Source: Candidatus Binataceae bacterium (GTDB lineage Bacteria > Desulfobacterota > Binatia > Binatales > Binataceae). From it: a stretch of 64,000 nt of DNA. Location: positions 21,755 through 85,754 of the forward strand of contig DASRHP010000013.1 of the NCBI GenBank assembly GCA_035650475.1. Direction: 5' to 3'. The notes below the pieces were generated by a model. It was not told the DNA's origin. It worked only from the letters and a program-made list of their open reading frames with translations, and searched no databases. This document shows, one piece after another, positions 1-11,409 of this stretch (its first letter is position 1; each line of letters begins with the position of its first letter). Made by a program: the position numbers and the translations under genes.

Positions 1-2
1 AG

Positions 3-341
3 ACACCCGCATCCGCGAGCGCCATGAACAGCGAACCTTCCGAGCCCGGGCACCTCGAGCTGCCGCAATTGCCGTCGATCACGATGACCGCGGTGCCGAG
101 CTACGGGCCCGAGCCGTTGACCGTGGGCTTTTTCGCCAACGGCATCGATCCCGCGGGCCAGGGCTTCGTCTCCTATCTGTGGACCTTCGGCGACGGACAG
201 GTATCGATGGCGCCGCCGATGATGTTTTTCCACACCTACAGCAAACCCGGCACCTATATCGCCACCGTCACTGCGACCACCGCCGACGGGCGCACCGCGA
301 CCTCCTACGTCGGGATCACGGTGCGGCCGCGCACGGATTGA
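3..341 (+). CDS. PKD-domain protein, C-terminal fragment (5' end lies outside the window)
   Basis: Reading frame is open back to nt 3 with no upstream stop. Translation carries a PKD-like motif (WTFGDG ... HTY ... GTY ... V.V.D) and ends at a stop at 339-341. Confidence 0.5.
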   Translation, partial: TPASASAMNSEPSEPGHLELPQLPSITMTAVPSYGPEPLTVGFFANGIDPAGQGFVSYLWTFGDGQVSMAPPMMFFHTYSKPGTYIATVTATTADGRTATSYVGITVRPRTD

Positions 342-380
342 CGCGGCCGTTCGCGCTTCGGCACTGCGCGGCGCCGGGGC

Positions 381-1088
381 TTAGTCGTTGGCCGGGAGAA
401 TTCGCACCCTTCCGGTGTGCAGTTCGTAGCGGGCACCGACGATCATCAGGCGGCCGTCCTTGACCCGCTGCGCGAACCGCGGCGCGCGCTTGAGCGCTGC
501 GACCTGATCGGCCACGTTGAGGTCGATTGCGTCGGACACCACGTCGCCGCTCGCCTTGCGCGCGCGTTTGACCGCCGGACAGATGTTGCTGAAAATTTCG
601 GGCAAGCCCGCCGCCGATTTCTCATCCGCGCGCGGGCATTCCCGCACCGCGCCTGTGACCGCGCCGCAACTGTCGTGGCCCATCACCACGATCAGGCTCG
701 AGCCAAGATGCTCGACCGCGTAGTCGATGCTCTCGAGCCCGGCACGGGTGAGCGTGTTGCCGGCGACGCGTATCACGAAGAGGTCGCCCAGCCCCTGGTC
801 GAAGACGATCTCCGGCGTCACACGTGAATCGGAACAGGCCAGGATCACTGCGAACGGCGACTGTGAGGCGGCGAGCGCGACGCGCCGCGCCGGATCCTGC
901 CCTGGATGGCGCGTCGTGCCCTCCTCGAAGCGCTGGTTGCCCGACATCAGGCGCGCCAGCGCGATTTTCGGGCTAACCGCCGGCGTATCGGCACTGCGCG
1001 CCGAGCTTGTGGTCGACGTCACCATGAGCACAAGTACCGCCAGCGCTGCCGCGACGCCTGGTGGGGTCACGATCGCAGAGGTCACCAT
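381..1088 (-). CDS. beta-class carbonic anhydrase, secreted (signal peptide)
   Basis: 235 aa with a hydrophobic N-terminus. Beta-CA hallmarks CSDSRV ... HDSCGA and the NQRF motif are present. Confidence 0.8.
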   Translation of the reverse strand: MVTSAIVTPPGVAAALAVLVLMVTSTTSSARSADTPAVSPKIALARLMSGNQRFEEGTTRHPGQDPARRVALAASQSPFAVILACSDSRVTPEIVFDQGLGDLFVIRVAGNTLTRAGLESIDYAVEHLGSSLIVVMGHDSCGAVTGAVRECPRADEKSAAGLPEIFSNICPAVKRARKASGDVVSDAIDLNVADQVAALKRAPRFAQRVKDGRLMIVGARYELHTGRVRILPAND

Positions 1089-1231
1089 CGGGCTCCTCCT
1101 CTCGTTCGCCGGTATTCCTGCATCACCTCCCGCGGCGGCGCATCTCGCGCTCGCCCGCTCGGAGCGGCAGCAAACATCATTGCCAGAGGACGGCGCACAT
1201 TGACAGCGCCGCGCGGCTTGCGGCCTAGTAG

Positions 1232-1717
1232 TTGATCATGCCAAGGGCAAAGTTTGCGGCGGGCGCGCTGGCGGTCGCGCTGGCGATGGGCGCGGCGGGA
1301 TGCCTGCAAGAGGCGATCGAGGCCAACCAGCGTCAGCTCGATCAGCAAAGGGCCGAGCTGGACAAGCTCAAGGAGGAGGTCGCCGCGCTCAAGGCGGCGC
1401 AGCCGCCCGCCTATCCAACCACGATGCCGCCGCCGGGCTCGTGCGACGCCGACGTGATGCGCGAGGCGAGTCGGCGCGGCGGCGAGCGCTTTGCGGCCAA
1501 CGACTTCAGCCGCGCCCTCGGCTACTACCAGGACGCGGTCACCGCCTGCCCGTCGAACGCGCAGGCTCAGCTCAACCTGGCGCGTGCATACGAGGCGCTG
1601 GGCCAGCGCGCGCAGGCGATCGACCATTACAGGCTCGCCAGCCAATCCACTGCCGCTGCCGACAGCGACGCCGCCGGCCAGGCGCGCGAGGCGCTAGCGC
1701 GGCTCGGCGCGCACTAG
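1232..1717 (+). CDS. TPR-repeat lipoprotein (hypothetical)
   Basis: Signal peptide with lipobox AAGC, a coiled-coil stretch, and a TPR-like C-terminus (YYQDAV ... NLARAYEALGQ). Confidence 0.55.
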   Translation: MIMPRAKFAAGALAVALAMGAAGCLQEAIEANQRQLDQQRAELDKLKEEVAALKAAQPPAYPTTMPPPGSCDADVMREASRRGGERFAANDFSRALGYYQDAVTACPSNAQAQLNLARAYEALGQRAQAIDHYRLASQSTAAADSDAAGQAREALARLGAH

Positions 1718-1733
1718 CGAGGAGGCAATTCCA

Positions 1734-2531
1734 TTGAAGGACGTATTCAGCGTCGAAGGCAAGGCCACGATCATCACCGGCGGCGGCACGGGTATCGGCG
1801 CGATCATCGCGCGCGAGTTCGCCATGCGCGGGGCCCCGGTGCTGGTCGCCAGCCGCAACGCCGAGCATCTCGAACCCGTGCGTGACGGCATCCGCAAGGC
1901 GGGTGGGCGCTGCGAGATGGCGGTGTGTGACGTGCGCAATGCCGAGTCGTGCGACGCGCTGGTGGCCGAGGCGGTCAAGCATTTCGGCCGACTCGACGTG
2001 ATGATCAACAACCACGGCGCCAGCATCGCGGCGCCCAGCCTCAAGCTTTCGCCCAACGGCTGGCGCGCGGTGGTCGCGATTAACCTCGACGGCGTATTTT
2101 TCTGCTCCAAGGCCGCCGCCCGCCAGTTCATCGCGCAGAAGAGCCCCGGCGTGATAATCAACCTGTCCTCGACCGCCGGCGTCCACGGCTCTTCGACGAT
2201 GCTGCCCTACGCCGCGTCCAAGGCGGGCGTGATCAAGCTGACCGAGTCGCACGCCGGCGAATGGGGCCATCTCGGGATCCGCGTCAACTGTATCGCACCC
2301 GGCCCGGTGACCACTGAGGGCGCCGCCGCGCGGATCTGGCCCAACGACCAGGTCAAGGAGACGATGCGGCGCTCGCGCGCGCTCCAGCGCTTTGGCACCT
2401 GCGAGGAGATCGCCTACCCGTGCATCTTCCTCGCCTCGGATGCGGCTAGCTTCGTCACCGGCGCGACGCTGATCGTTGACGGCGGCAATATCCGCGCCGC
2501 GGAGATCTCGCAGATCGTACCGGAGGAGTAG
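1734..2531 (+). CDS. SDR family short-chain dehydrogenase/reductase
   Basis: TTG start 8 nt after an AGGAGG. TGGGTGIGA Rossmann motif, NNHG, and the YAASKAG catalytic Y-x3-K. Confidence 0.85.
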   Translation: MKDVFSVEGKATIITGGGTGIGAIIAREFAMRGAPVLVASRNAEHLEPVRDGIRKAGGRCEMAVCDVRNAESCDALVAEAVKHFGRLDVMINNHGASIAAPSLKLSPNGWRAVVAINLDGVFFCSKAAARQFIAQKSPGVIINLSSTAGVHGSSTMLPYAASKAGVIKLTESHAGEWGHLGIRVNCIAPGPVTTEGAAARIWPNDQVKETMRRSRALQRFGTCEEIAYPCIFLASDAASFVTGATLIVDGGNIRAAEISQIVPEE

Positions 2532-2638
2532 AGGCGCCGCGTCGCTCGCTCTGGCGCACGGGTGCTTGTCGCGGCTGCGACGCGCGTGGTATCCGAAATC
2601 GCGCGGGCCGGACCGGCAGCGCGGAAAGGATCGCCAAA

Positions 2639-3769
2639 TTGGACTTCGGGTTCAGTCAGGAGCAGGAGATGCTGCGCCAGAGCGCGCGCGCCCTGCTCGA
2701 GCGCGAATGCACCTCGGCCCACGTGCGCCGGATGATGGAGGACGAACGCGGTTACTCGCCGGAGCTGTGGCGCAAGATGGCCGAGTTGGGATGGCTCGGC
2801 CTGGTCCTGCCTGAGACTTATGGCGGTGCCGGACTTGGCTACGTTGACCTGGTCGTGGTGGCCGAGGAGATGGGCCGCGTGTTGCTGCCCTCGCCATTCA
2901 TCTGGACTTTGGCCTTCGCCGAAGCGATAGGTCGCGCCGGCTCCGACGAACAGAAGCAGCGCTTCCTGCCGGCGATCGCGCGCGGTGAGATGGTTGCGAC
3001 GGTCGCTCATCTGGAGGCCGGCGGCACTCTGGAAGAGCGCGGAATCGTGATGGGGGCGCGGCGGGCCGGCAAGGGCTTCATTCTCGAAGGGGAGAAGCTG
3101 TTCGTCAACGACGCCCATGTTGCGGACTGCTTCCTGGTGGCGGCGCGCACCGGCTCCCGGCGCGGCGGCGGTGTGACGCTCTTCGCGATCGACAGCCGAC
3201 GCGCCGGCATTACGATCAACCGGCTCAAGACGATGGACCAGACGCGCAAGCTTGGCGAGGTCAGGTTTCAGGCCGTCAGGGTTGCGGCCGCGGACGTGGT
3301 GGGCGAAATCGGCGCCGGATGGCCCATTTTGTCGGCCGCACTCGATCGTGCCAAGGTGGCGCTAGCGGCCGAGATGATGGGTGGTGCGCAGCGGGTGCTC
3401 GAGATGGCGGTGGAATACAGCAAGGTGCGCGAGCAGTTCGGCCGTCCGATCGGAAGCTTCCAGGCGATCCAGCACAAGTGCGCAAACATGATGGTCGATG
3501 TGGAGGGCGCGAAGTCGGTTGTCTACTACGCGGCGTGGGCGGTCAGCAACGGGGTCGCCGACGCGCCGCTGGCTGCGGCGGTAGCCAAGGCCGCGGCCTC
3601 CGACGCCTACCGGCGCACGGCGGCCGAGGGAATCCAAATCCACGGCGGAATCGGCTTCACCTGGGAGCATGACATGCATCTGTACTTCAAACGCGCCAAG
3701 TCCTCCGAGGTCACCCTGGGCGACGCCAACTTCAACCGCGAACTGGTCGCGCAAGGAATCGGACTGTAA
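2639..3769 (+). CDS. acyl-CoA dehydrogenase family protein
   Basis: 376 aa. ACAD-typical N-terminus MDFGFSQEQEMLRQ, and a C-terminal IQIHGGIGFTWEHD resembling the ACAD signature. Confidence 0.85.
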   Translation: MDFGFSQEQEMLRQSARALLERECTSAHVRRMMEDERGYSPELWRKMAELGWLGLVLPETYGGAGLGYVDLVVVAEEMGRVLLPSPFIWTLAFAEAIGRAGSDEQKQRFLPAIARGEMVATVAHLEAGGTLEERGIVMGARRAGKGFILEGEKLFVNDAHVADCFLVAARTGSRRGGGVTLFAIDSRRAGITINRLKTMDQTRKLGEVRFQAVRVAAADVVGEIGAGWPILSAALDRAKVALAAEMMGGAQRVLEMAVEYSKVREQFGRPIGSFQAIQHKCANMMVDVEGAKSVVYYAAWAVSNGVADAPLAAAVAKAAASDAYRRTAAEGIQIHGGIGFTWEHDMHLYFKRAKSSEVTLGDANFNRELVAQGIGL

Positions 3770-3817
3770 ATCCAGCCAAACGGCGGCCTCGACGCGCCGC
3801 CAGGGAGCATCTCAGCG

Positions 3818-4279
3818 ATGGCCGTAGACAAAAGCATCATCGGGAAAGCCGGCAAGCCGTTTACGATGCCAATAGAGTGGGGCAAGGTGCGCGAGTTCGC
3901 CCGCGCGGTCAAGGACCCCAACCCAGTGTACTTCGACCCGGAACTGGCCAAAAAGGAGTGCGGCGGAGTGCCGATCCCGGTGACCTTCCTTCAGACCAGC
4001 GCGTTCTGGCAGACCGCCGAGTCGATGCCGTCGCTCGACATGTTCGACATGCGGCGTATCCTGCACGGCGAGCAGGAGTTCGAGTTCTTCAACCCGATCC
4101 TGGTCGGCGACACGCTGACCGGCGTCGCCCGGGTCGCGGATCTGTACGAGAAGGAAGGCGGGCGCGGCGGCAAGATGACTTTTCTGGTAGTCGAGACGAC
4201 CTACACCAACCAGCGCAACGAGAAGGTCGCGCTCTCGCGCTTCGTGCTGGTCGAAACCGGCCAGGCGGTGAGCGGTTGA
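3818..4279 (+). CDS. MaoC-family (hotdog) dehydratase, N-terminal-type subunit
   Basis: 153 aa hotdog-fold sequence (FAS1-like dehydratase N-terminal type). Paired with the next ORF as in two-subunit (R)-specific enoyl-CoA hydratases. Confidence 0.65.
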   Translation: MAVDKSIIGKAGKPFTMPIEWGKVREFARAVKDPNPVYFDPELAKKECGGVPIPVTFLQTSAFWQTAESMPSLDMFDMRRILHGEQEFEFFNPILVGDTLTGVARVADLYEKEGGRGGKMTFLVVETTYTNQRNEKVALSRFVLVETGQAVSG

Positions 4280-4343
4280 GCGAGCTCGCGCTGCGGGTCA
4301 TCAACGGACTGACGCGCGGCTTCAGTCGCGCGGTGAGGCTGCT

Positions 4344-4766
4344 ATGGCATCCAAGGTAAAGTTCGACCAGGTGAAAATCGGCGACTCGATCCCCACTATC
4401 GTAATCGAAAACGTCGCGCGTCCGGATTTCGTCCGTTACGCGGGCGCCTCGGGCGACTTCGTCCCGCTCCATTACGATCAGACCTTCGTCGAGGCGGCCG
4501 GGATTCCGACCGTCTTCGCGCAGGGGATGTGGACGGCAGGGTGCCTGTCGCGCTGCCTGACCGACTACGCCGGCGCGGGCCGCGTCCGCCGTTTCAAGGT
4601 GCGCTTCGCGCGCCAGGTCTGGCCCGGCGACACGCTGACGATGCGTGGCAAGGTGACCGGCAAGCGCGAGGAGGGCGGCGAGCGGCTGGTGGACGGCGAG
4701 ATGGAGGTTGTCAACCAGAAGGGCGAGACTACGGTCAAGGGCTCGTTCAGCGTCGCCGCGGCCTGA
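4344..4766 (+). CDS. MaoC-family (hotdog) dehydratase
   Basis: 140 aa with MaoC-like motifs (GDFVPLHYD ... FAQGMW). Confidence 0.7.
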   Translation: MASKVKFDQVKIGDSIPTIVIENVARPDFVRYAGASGDFVPLHYDQTFVEAAGIPTVFAQGMWTAGCLSRCLTDYAGAGRVRRFKVRFARQVWPGDTLTMRGKVTGKREEGGERLVDGEMEVVNQKGETTVKGSFSVAAA

Positions 4767-4880
4767 GCCCTGCCCGCCCGCCGCACGCTTCCGAAGGGGC
4801 GTGCGCCCGCGCCTGCGGGTGCTCGGGATTCAGGCGCCCGTGCGCAAATTGCTGGAACAAGTTGCTAGAATTGGAGTGCG

Positions 4881-6334
4881 ATGTCGGAGCCGCGCTACGT
4901 CATTATCCACGGCCATTTTTACCAGCCGCCGCGTGAGAGTCCGTGGACCGGGCTTATCAGTCCCGAGCCCGGCGCGACGCCGTTCGCCAATTGGAACGAG
5001 CGGATCCTCAGCGAATGCTACCTCGCCAACGCCCGCGCCCATGTGATGGAAGGGCGGGTGGTGCGGATCCATAACAATTACGCGGCGCTCAACTTCGACT
5101 TCGGGCCGACGCTGGCGAGTTGGCTGGAGCGGCACGGCACGGCGGCCTATCGCGCGCTGCACCTTGGCGACCAGCTCAGCCTGCAGGCGCGCGGCGGCCA
5201 TGGCAACGCGATCGCGCAGGCCTACAACCACTCGATCCTGCCGCTGCTGGGCCGGCGCGAGCGCGCGCTCCAGATCGCGTGGGGAATCGAGGACTTCGTC
5301 ATGCGTTTCAAGCGGCGGCCGGTGGGGATGTGGCTTCCCGAGTGCGCGGCCGACCACGACACGCTGCGCGACGTCGCCGCGGCGGGGATCAAGTTTGTGA
5401 TCCTTGCTCCCGAACAGGGCGTCTTTGGCGGCGAGGGCGCGGCGCGGCGCGGCGCCGGACCCTTTATCTGGCGCGCCGATGATCTGCGTCTTGCGGTATT
5501 TCGTTTCGACCGCGACCTTTCGCGCACAGTGTCTTTCGAGGACGCGCTCGACGACGGCGCCACGCTCGCACAGCGGATCGCCGGCGCCGCGGCCGAGGTC
5601 GCTCCGGGCGGCGTGCTTATGCTCGCTACCGACGGTGAAACCTTCGGCCATCACAAGCGCAATGGCGCGGCCGAACTGGCGCGCGCGCTCCTGGAGCTGG
5701 GGCGGCGCGACGATATCCGCCTCACCAACTGCGCGGAATACCTTGCGATGCACCCGGAGGGCGACGGAACCTTCGAAATCGACTCGCCCAGTTCGTGGAG
5801 CTGCGCGCACGGAATCGAGCGCTGGCGCGCCGACTGCGGATGCCGGCTCGACCACGCGACCGCGCAGCACTGGCGCGGGCCGCTGCGCGCGGCGATGGAG
5901 TTCGTGATGAACCATGCGGGGGCGGTGTACGATCGCTTCGCACCGCCGCTGGTGGACGACGCCCAGGCCGCGCTATGTGAGTCGATCCGTCTCGCCGTCG
6001 ATCCCAACCCCGCGTTGCACGAGGAGTTCTTCGCCCATCATCACGTCGGCGCCGACGCCAATCGCCAGCGCCTGATGCGGCTGTTCGAGATGCAGCGCGC
6101 GGCGCAGGCCGCGCTCACCAGCTGCGCGTGGTTCTTTGACGACTTCGGCGGGCCCGAGGGGCGGGTAGCGCTGCGCTGGGCGGCGCGGGCGGTCGAGGTC
6201 GCCGCCGAATTTTCAGCCAGTATCGAGAGCGAGCTGCTCGAGCGGCTGCGCCAGATCCACTCCAACCGCCGCGAGATCGGCGACGCCGCCACGCTCTATC
6301 TCAGTCTCAAGACGCGCGAAGCGCGCGGGAGGGT

Positions 6335-6338
<4 letters not shown>
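4881..6338 (+). CDS. glycoside hydrolase family 57 protein (alpha-glucan branching/amylase-like)
   Basis: N-terminal [10 protein letters not shown] is the GH57 signature region. 485 aa. Stop overlaps the acs start (ATGA). Confidence 0.75.
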
Positions 6339-8302
<1,964 letters not shown>

Positions 8303-8420
8303 GTCGGAGGACGAGGAATAAACCGACGCGCAGTCGACGGTTTCGAGCAGGACCGAGGCGGGTGCGGCCGCAGGGCCGGGCCCGCTCCGCGTTTAGCGAG
8401 AGCCGATGGCGCCGCCGGGT

Positions 8421-8696
8421 CTAGCGGCGATCGAAGCCGCGATGAAACCAGTCATCCGCGTCGCGCCAGCGCCAGCGATCGTCCCGGTCGTGATGCTCGC
8501 GCCATTCGCCCTGGCTCCACGCCCATCGCGGATGATGTTCGAGAAACTCGTGGCGCTCGCCCGCGCGGTAAAACTGATGCCATCCGTTGCCGTCGCGCCA
8601 GGGGCGAAAGTCGTCGCGGTCGCGCGCCATCGCGGGCGCCGCCAGCAGCGCGCCGAACAAAAGCGCCGAAAGAGAGGCTGCTACCAGGTTCTTCAT
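8421..8696 (-). CDS. small secreted W/R/D/H-rich protein (hypothetical)
   Basis: ATG at 8696 follows an AGGAGG. Signal peptide MKNLVAASLSALLFGALLAAPAMA, then a 68 aa mature part dominated by Trp/Arg/Asp/His. No family recognised. Confidence 0.45.
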   Translation of the reverse strand: MKNLVAASLSALLFGALLAAPAMARDRDDFRPWRDGNGWHQFYRAGERHEFLEHHPRWAWSQGEWREHHDRDDRWRWRDADDWFHRGFDRR

Positions 8697-8842
8697 CGCT
8701 TGTCCTCCTGTCTCTCCGGCCCTCGGTTTCTCAATCCTGCTCGCATTTGAAAGACGTGCCGGCATTCGACGGGTTACGCGGTACCCGCTTCCGGCCCGTT
8801 TACACCGGTGTTTGGCCCTTGAACCGCTCTCGAAAACCCGCC

Positions 8843-8872
8843 TTGCCAGCTGCCGCGCGCCGGTGGTAGTGT
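8843..8872 (+). promoter_or_regulatory. candidate sigma-70 promoter for the rimP-nusA-infB operon
   Basis: TTGCCA, 18 nt spacer, TAGTGT, about 240 nt upstream of rimP. Motif match only. Confidence 0.3.
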
Positions 8873-8881
8873 GGTTGGTGC

Positions 8882-8903
8882 GTGGGCTTTTGCCCACTTT
8901 TTT
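8882..8903 (+). terminator. intrinsic terminator / attenuator hairpin in the rimP-nusA leader
   Basis: GTGGGC-TTTT-GCCCAC followed by TTTTTT. Functional only on the + strand. Lies between the candidate promoter and rimP. Confidence 0.5.
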
Positions 8904-9112
8904 GTTGGTCGGCCGGCCCGATGGCGGCGGCGCTCGGGCGCAGGTTTCCCTGGACAGAGTCGGACTGCGATTGGCGCTGCGGAGCCCGCCTCGGGCGTGG
9001 CGGGGAGGAGGTGCCCCGCGGCGTCACGACGGCCGTCCCGGGAGTGAATTTTGCCGTGGGCGACGGGGGCGCGACAGACAGCCATAGCAGAGCGGTTGTA
9101 CGGCTCAATCCG

Positions 9113-9586
9113 ATGGCCGAGCGGATCATCGAGATGCTCGGGCCGCACGTCGAGCGCCAGGGCTACGAGCTGGTGTCGGTCGAGTATCACAAGGGCACGC
9201 GCAGCTCGATGCTGCGCCTGCTGGTGGATCGGCCGGGCGGAGGTATCGGGCTTGACGACCTCGAGCGCTTGAGCCCCATCCTCGGCGACCTGCTCGATGT
9301 ATACGACCCAATCGAAGGGCGCTACACGCTCGAAGTGGCTTCGCCAGGACTGAACCGGCCGCTGGTGCGGCTGGCCGACTTCGAAGCCGTACGCGGCGGA
9401 CGCGTCAGGATTAAGACGCATCACGCGCTGGAGGGGCGCAAGGCGTTTGTCGGAAGGCTCGCGGATGTAGGAGCCGACGGCGTCGAGATCGACGACGAGC
9501 CGAGCGGACGGCGGGTGCGGATCGAATTCGGCGAGATAAAGGGAGCGAATTACGAATACGATTTTGATGCAGCCGAGCGCAAATAG
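9113..9586 (+). CDS. rimP: ribosome maturation factor RimP
   Basis: Internal ATG of the 8882 ORF. MAERIIEML ... ELVSVEY ... LEVASPGLNRPL is RimP-like. First gene of the nusA-infB operon. Confidence 0.85.
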   Translation: MAERIIEMLGPHVERQGYELVSVEYHKGTRSSMLRLLVDRPGGGIGLDDLERLSPILGDLLDVYDPIEGRYTLEVASPGLNRPLVRLADFEAVRGGRVRIKTHHALEGRKAFVGRLADVGADGVEIDDEPSGRRVRIEFGEIKGANYEYDFDAAERK

Positions 9587-9649
9587 GTGCACCTCGTCGG
9601 CGGGCGCAATTTTCTCGGGCGGCGCAGCGGCGCGCCCCGTGGAGGCCGT

Positions 9650-11116
9650 ATGACCGGAGAGCTTAACCGGGTAATCGAGCAGGTTTCCAAGGAGAAGGGG
9701 ATCGACAAGGCGATCGTGATAAACGCGGTCGAAGAGATGATGCATTCGGCGGCGCGCCGGACCTTCGGCCCCGATTGCCGCATCGAATCGCGCTACAACC
9801 AGGAGCTGGGCGAGGTCGAGCTGTTCGAAATCAAGACCGTGGTCGAGCAGGTCGTCAATCCACAAGCCGAGGCGACGCTCGAGGAGGCGCGCGCAAAGTA
9901 CGACCCTGAGGCGCAGGTGGGCGACGAGATCCTGATCAAGCTCGACACCGCGACGATGGGCCGGATTGCCGCGCAGGCGGCCAAGCAGAACCTCATCCAG
10001 CACATCCGCGACGCCGAGCGCAAACAGATCTACAACGAGTTCAAAGATCGCAAGGGCGAAATCGTCTCCGGCATCGTGCAGCGCTTCGAGCGCAAAAACA
10101 TGATCGTCAATCTCGGCCGCACCGAAGCGATCCTGCCCGAGAAGGAGCAGATCCCGCACGAGCGCTATCGCCAGGGCGATCGCATCCGCGCCCTCATCCT
10201 CGACGTCGATCTCTCCGAGAAGGGCCTCTCGATCGTGCTCTCGCGCACCTCCAACGACTTTTTGCGCAAGCTCTTCGAGCAGGAAGTGCCCGAGATATAC
10301 GAGGGCATCGTGGAAATCCGTCAGTGTGCCCGCGAGCCGGGCGGACGGGCCAAGGTCGCGGTGTACTCCAAGGACTCCGACGTCGACCCGGTCGGCGCGT
10401 GTGTCGGGATGAAGGGCACGCGCGTGCAGGCGGTGGTTCAGGAGCTGCGCGGTGAGAAGATCGACATCGTGCCATGGACTGACGACCAGGCCGAGCTGGT
10501 CTGCCGCGCACTTGCCCCGGCCAAGGTCTCCAAGGTGATCATCGACGAGGACGAGCATGCGATGGAGGTCGTGGTGCCGGACGACCAGCTCTCGCTGGCG
10601 ATCGGCAAGCGCGGCCAGAACGTGCGCCTGGCCCATCGGCTCTCCGGATGGAAAATCGATCTGCGCAGCGATTCCGAGGCCGAGGAGGAGGCGCGCAAGG
10701 CCCGCGCCTCGCTCAACGCCATCCCCGGCATCGGCGACATCAATGCCGAGCTGCTCTACCAGTGGGGATTCCGCTCGGCCGAGCAGCTGGCGGAAACCGC
10801 TGAAGAGTCTTTCGAGGTCGAGGGCATCACGCCTGAGCGTGCGCGCCAGCTTATTCAGGCCGCGCGCGAATGGGTTTCGAAGAAGCGTGCCGAGGAGGCC
10901 GCGGCGGCTGAAGCCGCCGCCGCTGCGGCTGCCGACGCCGCCACTGCTGCGGCTGCCGACGCCGCCACTGCTGCGGCGGCCGACGCCGCCGCTGCGGAGG
11001 TTGCGGCTGAGGACGGTGAAATCGAGGCGCCGCTTGCCGAAGGCGCCGAGGGCGTCGCTGCGGATGCGGCAGGCGAGCAGGGAGCGGTTCAACCGGATGT
11101 CGCGGCGAAATCATAA
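9650..11116 (+). CDS. nusA: transcription termination/antitermination factor NusA
   Basis: ATG at 9650 follows a GGAGG. S1 and KH domains, one HhH-like C-terminal domain, then an Ala/Asp-rich low-complexity tail. Confidence 0.9.
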   Translation: MTGELNRVIEQVSKEKGIDKAIVINAVEEMMHSAARRTFGPDCRIESRYNQELGEVELFEIKTVVEQVVNPQAEATLEEARAKYDPEAQVGDEILIKLDTATMGRIAAQAAKQNLIQHIRDAERKQIYNEFKDRKGEIVSGIVQRFERKNMIVNLGRTEAILPEKEQIPHERYRQGDRIRALILDVDLSEKGLSIVLSRTSNDFLRKLFEQEVPEIYEGIVEIRQCAREPGGRAKVAVYSKDSDVDPVGACVGMKGTRVQAVVQELRGEKIDIVPWTDDQAELVCRALAPAKVSKVIIDEDEHAMEVVVPDDQLSLAIGKRGQNVRLAHRLSGWKIDLRSDSEAEEEARKARASLNAIPGIGDINAELLYQWGFRSAEQLAETAEESFEVEGITPERARQLIQAAREWVSKKRAEEAAAAEAAAAAAADAATAAAADAATAAAADAAAAEVAAEDGEIEAPLAEGAEGVAADAAGEQGAVQPDVAAKS

Positions 11117-11402
11117 TCCCGGGCATACGCCGGTCCGCACGTGCCTCGGATGTGGCCTCGGCGACGCACAGGCGGCGATGGTGCGGCTGGCGGCGGTGGG
11201 CGGCGCGGTGAGCATCGACGCCGAGCGCCGGCGCGGCGGGCGCGGCGGCTACTTGCATCCGCGCCCGGATTGCCTGGAGAGGTTTGCGCGCAGCAAGACC
11301 CGCGCGTTTCGCTCGCTGCGCGTGGCGCTGGACGTGCAGGCGCGCAGGTCGATTACGCAAATGTTAAGCGCGCGGCTGGATAGCAACGGCCCGCTCGAAT
11401 AG
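11097..11402 (+). CDS. ylxR: YlxR/DUF448 family protein (putative RNA-binding, nusA-infB operon)
   Basis: RTCLGCG motif and GRGGYLHP ... CLERFARSK, in the conserved position between nusA and infB. Overlaps the nusA 3' end by 20 nt. Confidence 0.7.
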   Translation: MSRRNHNPGHTPVRTCLGCGLGDAQAAMVRLAAVGGAVSIDAERRRGGRGGYLHPRPDCLERFARSKTRAFRSLRVALDVQARRSITQMLSARLDSNGPLE

Positions 11403-11409
11403 AATACCC

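Noticed and set aside
4830-5915. 361 aa minus-strand ORF
   Set aside because: Antisense to the GH57 gene, which has a clear family signature.
8774-11092. 772 aa ORF on the minus strand
   Set aside because: Antisense to rimP/nusA, which have clear family signatures and RBSs. Long antisense ORFs are expected at about 68 percent GC. The translated composition is low-complexity R/A/G-rich.
10557-11096. 5' two-thirds of the 281 aa plus-strand ORF
   Set aside because: Out-of-frame overlap with nusA. Only the 3' 101 codons (from ATG 11097) show the YlxR/DUF448 pattern and were kept.
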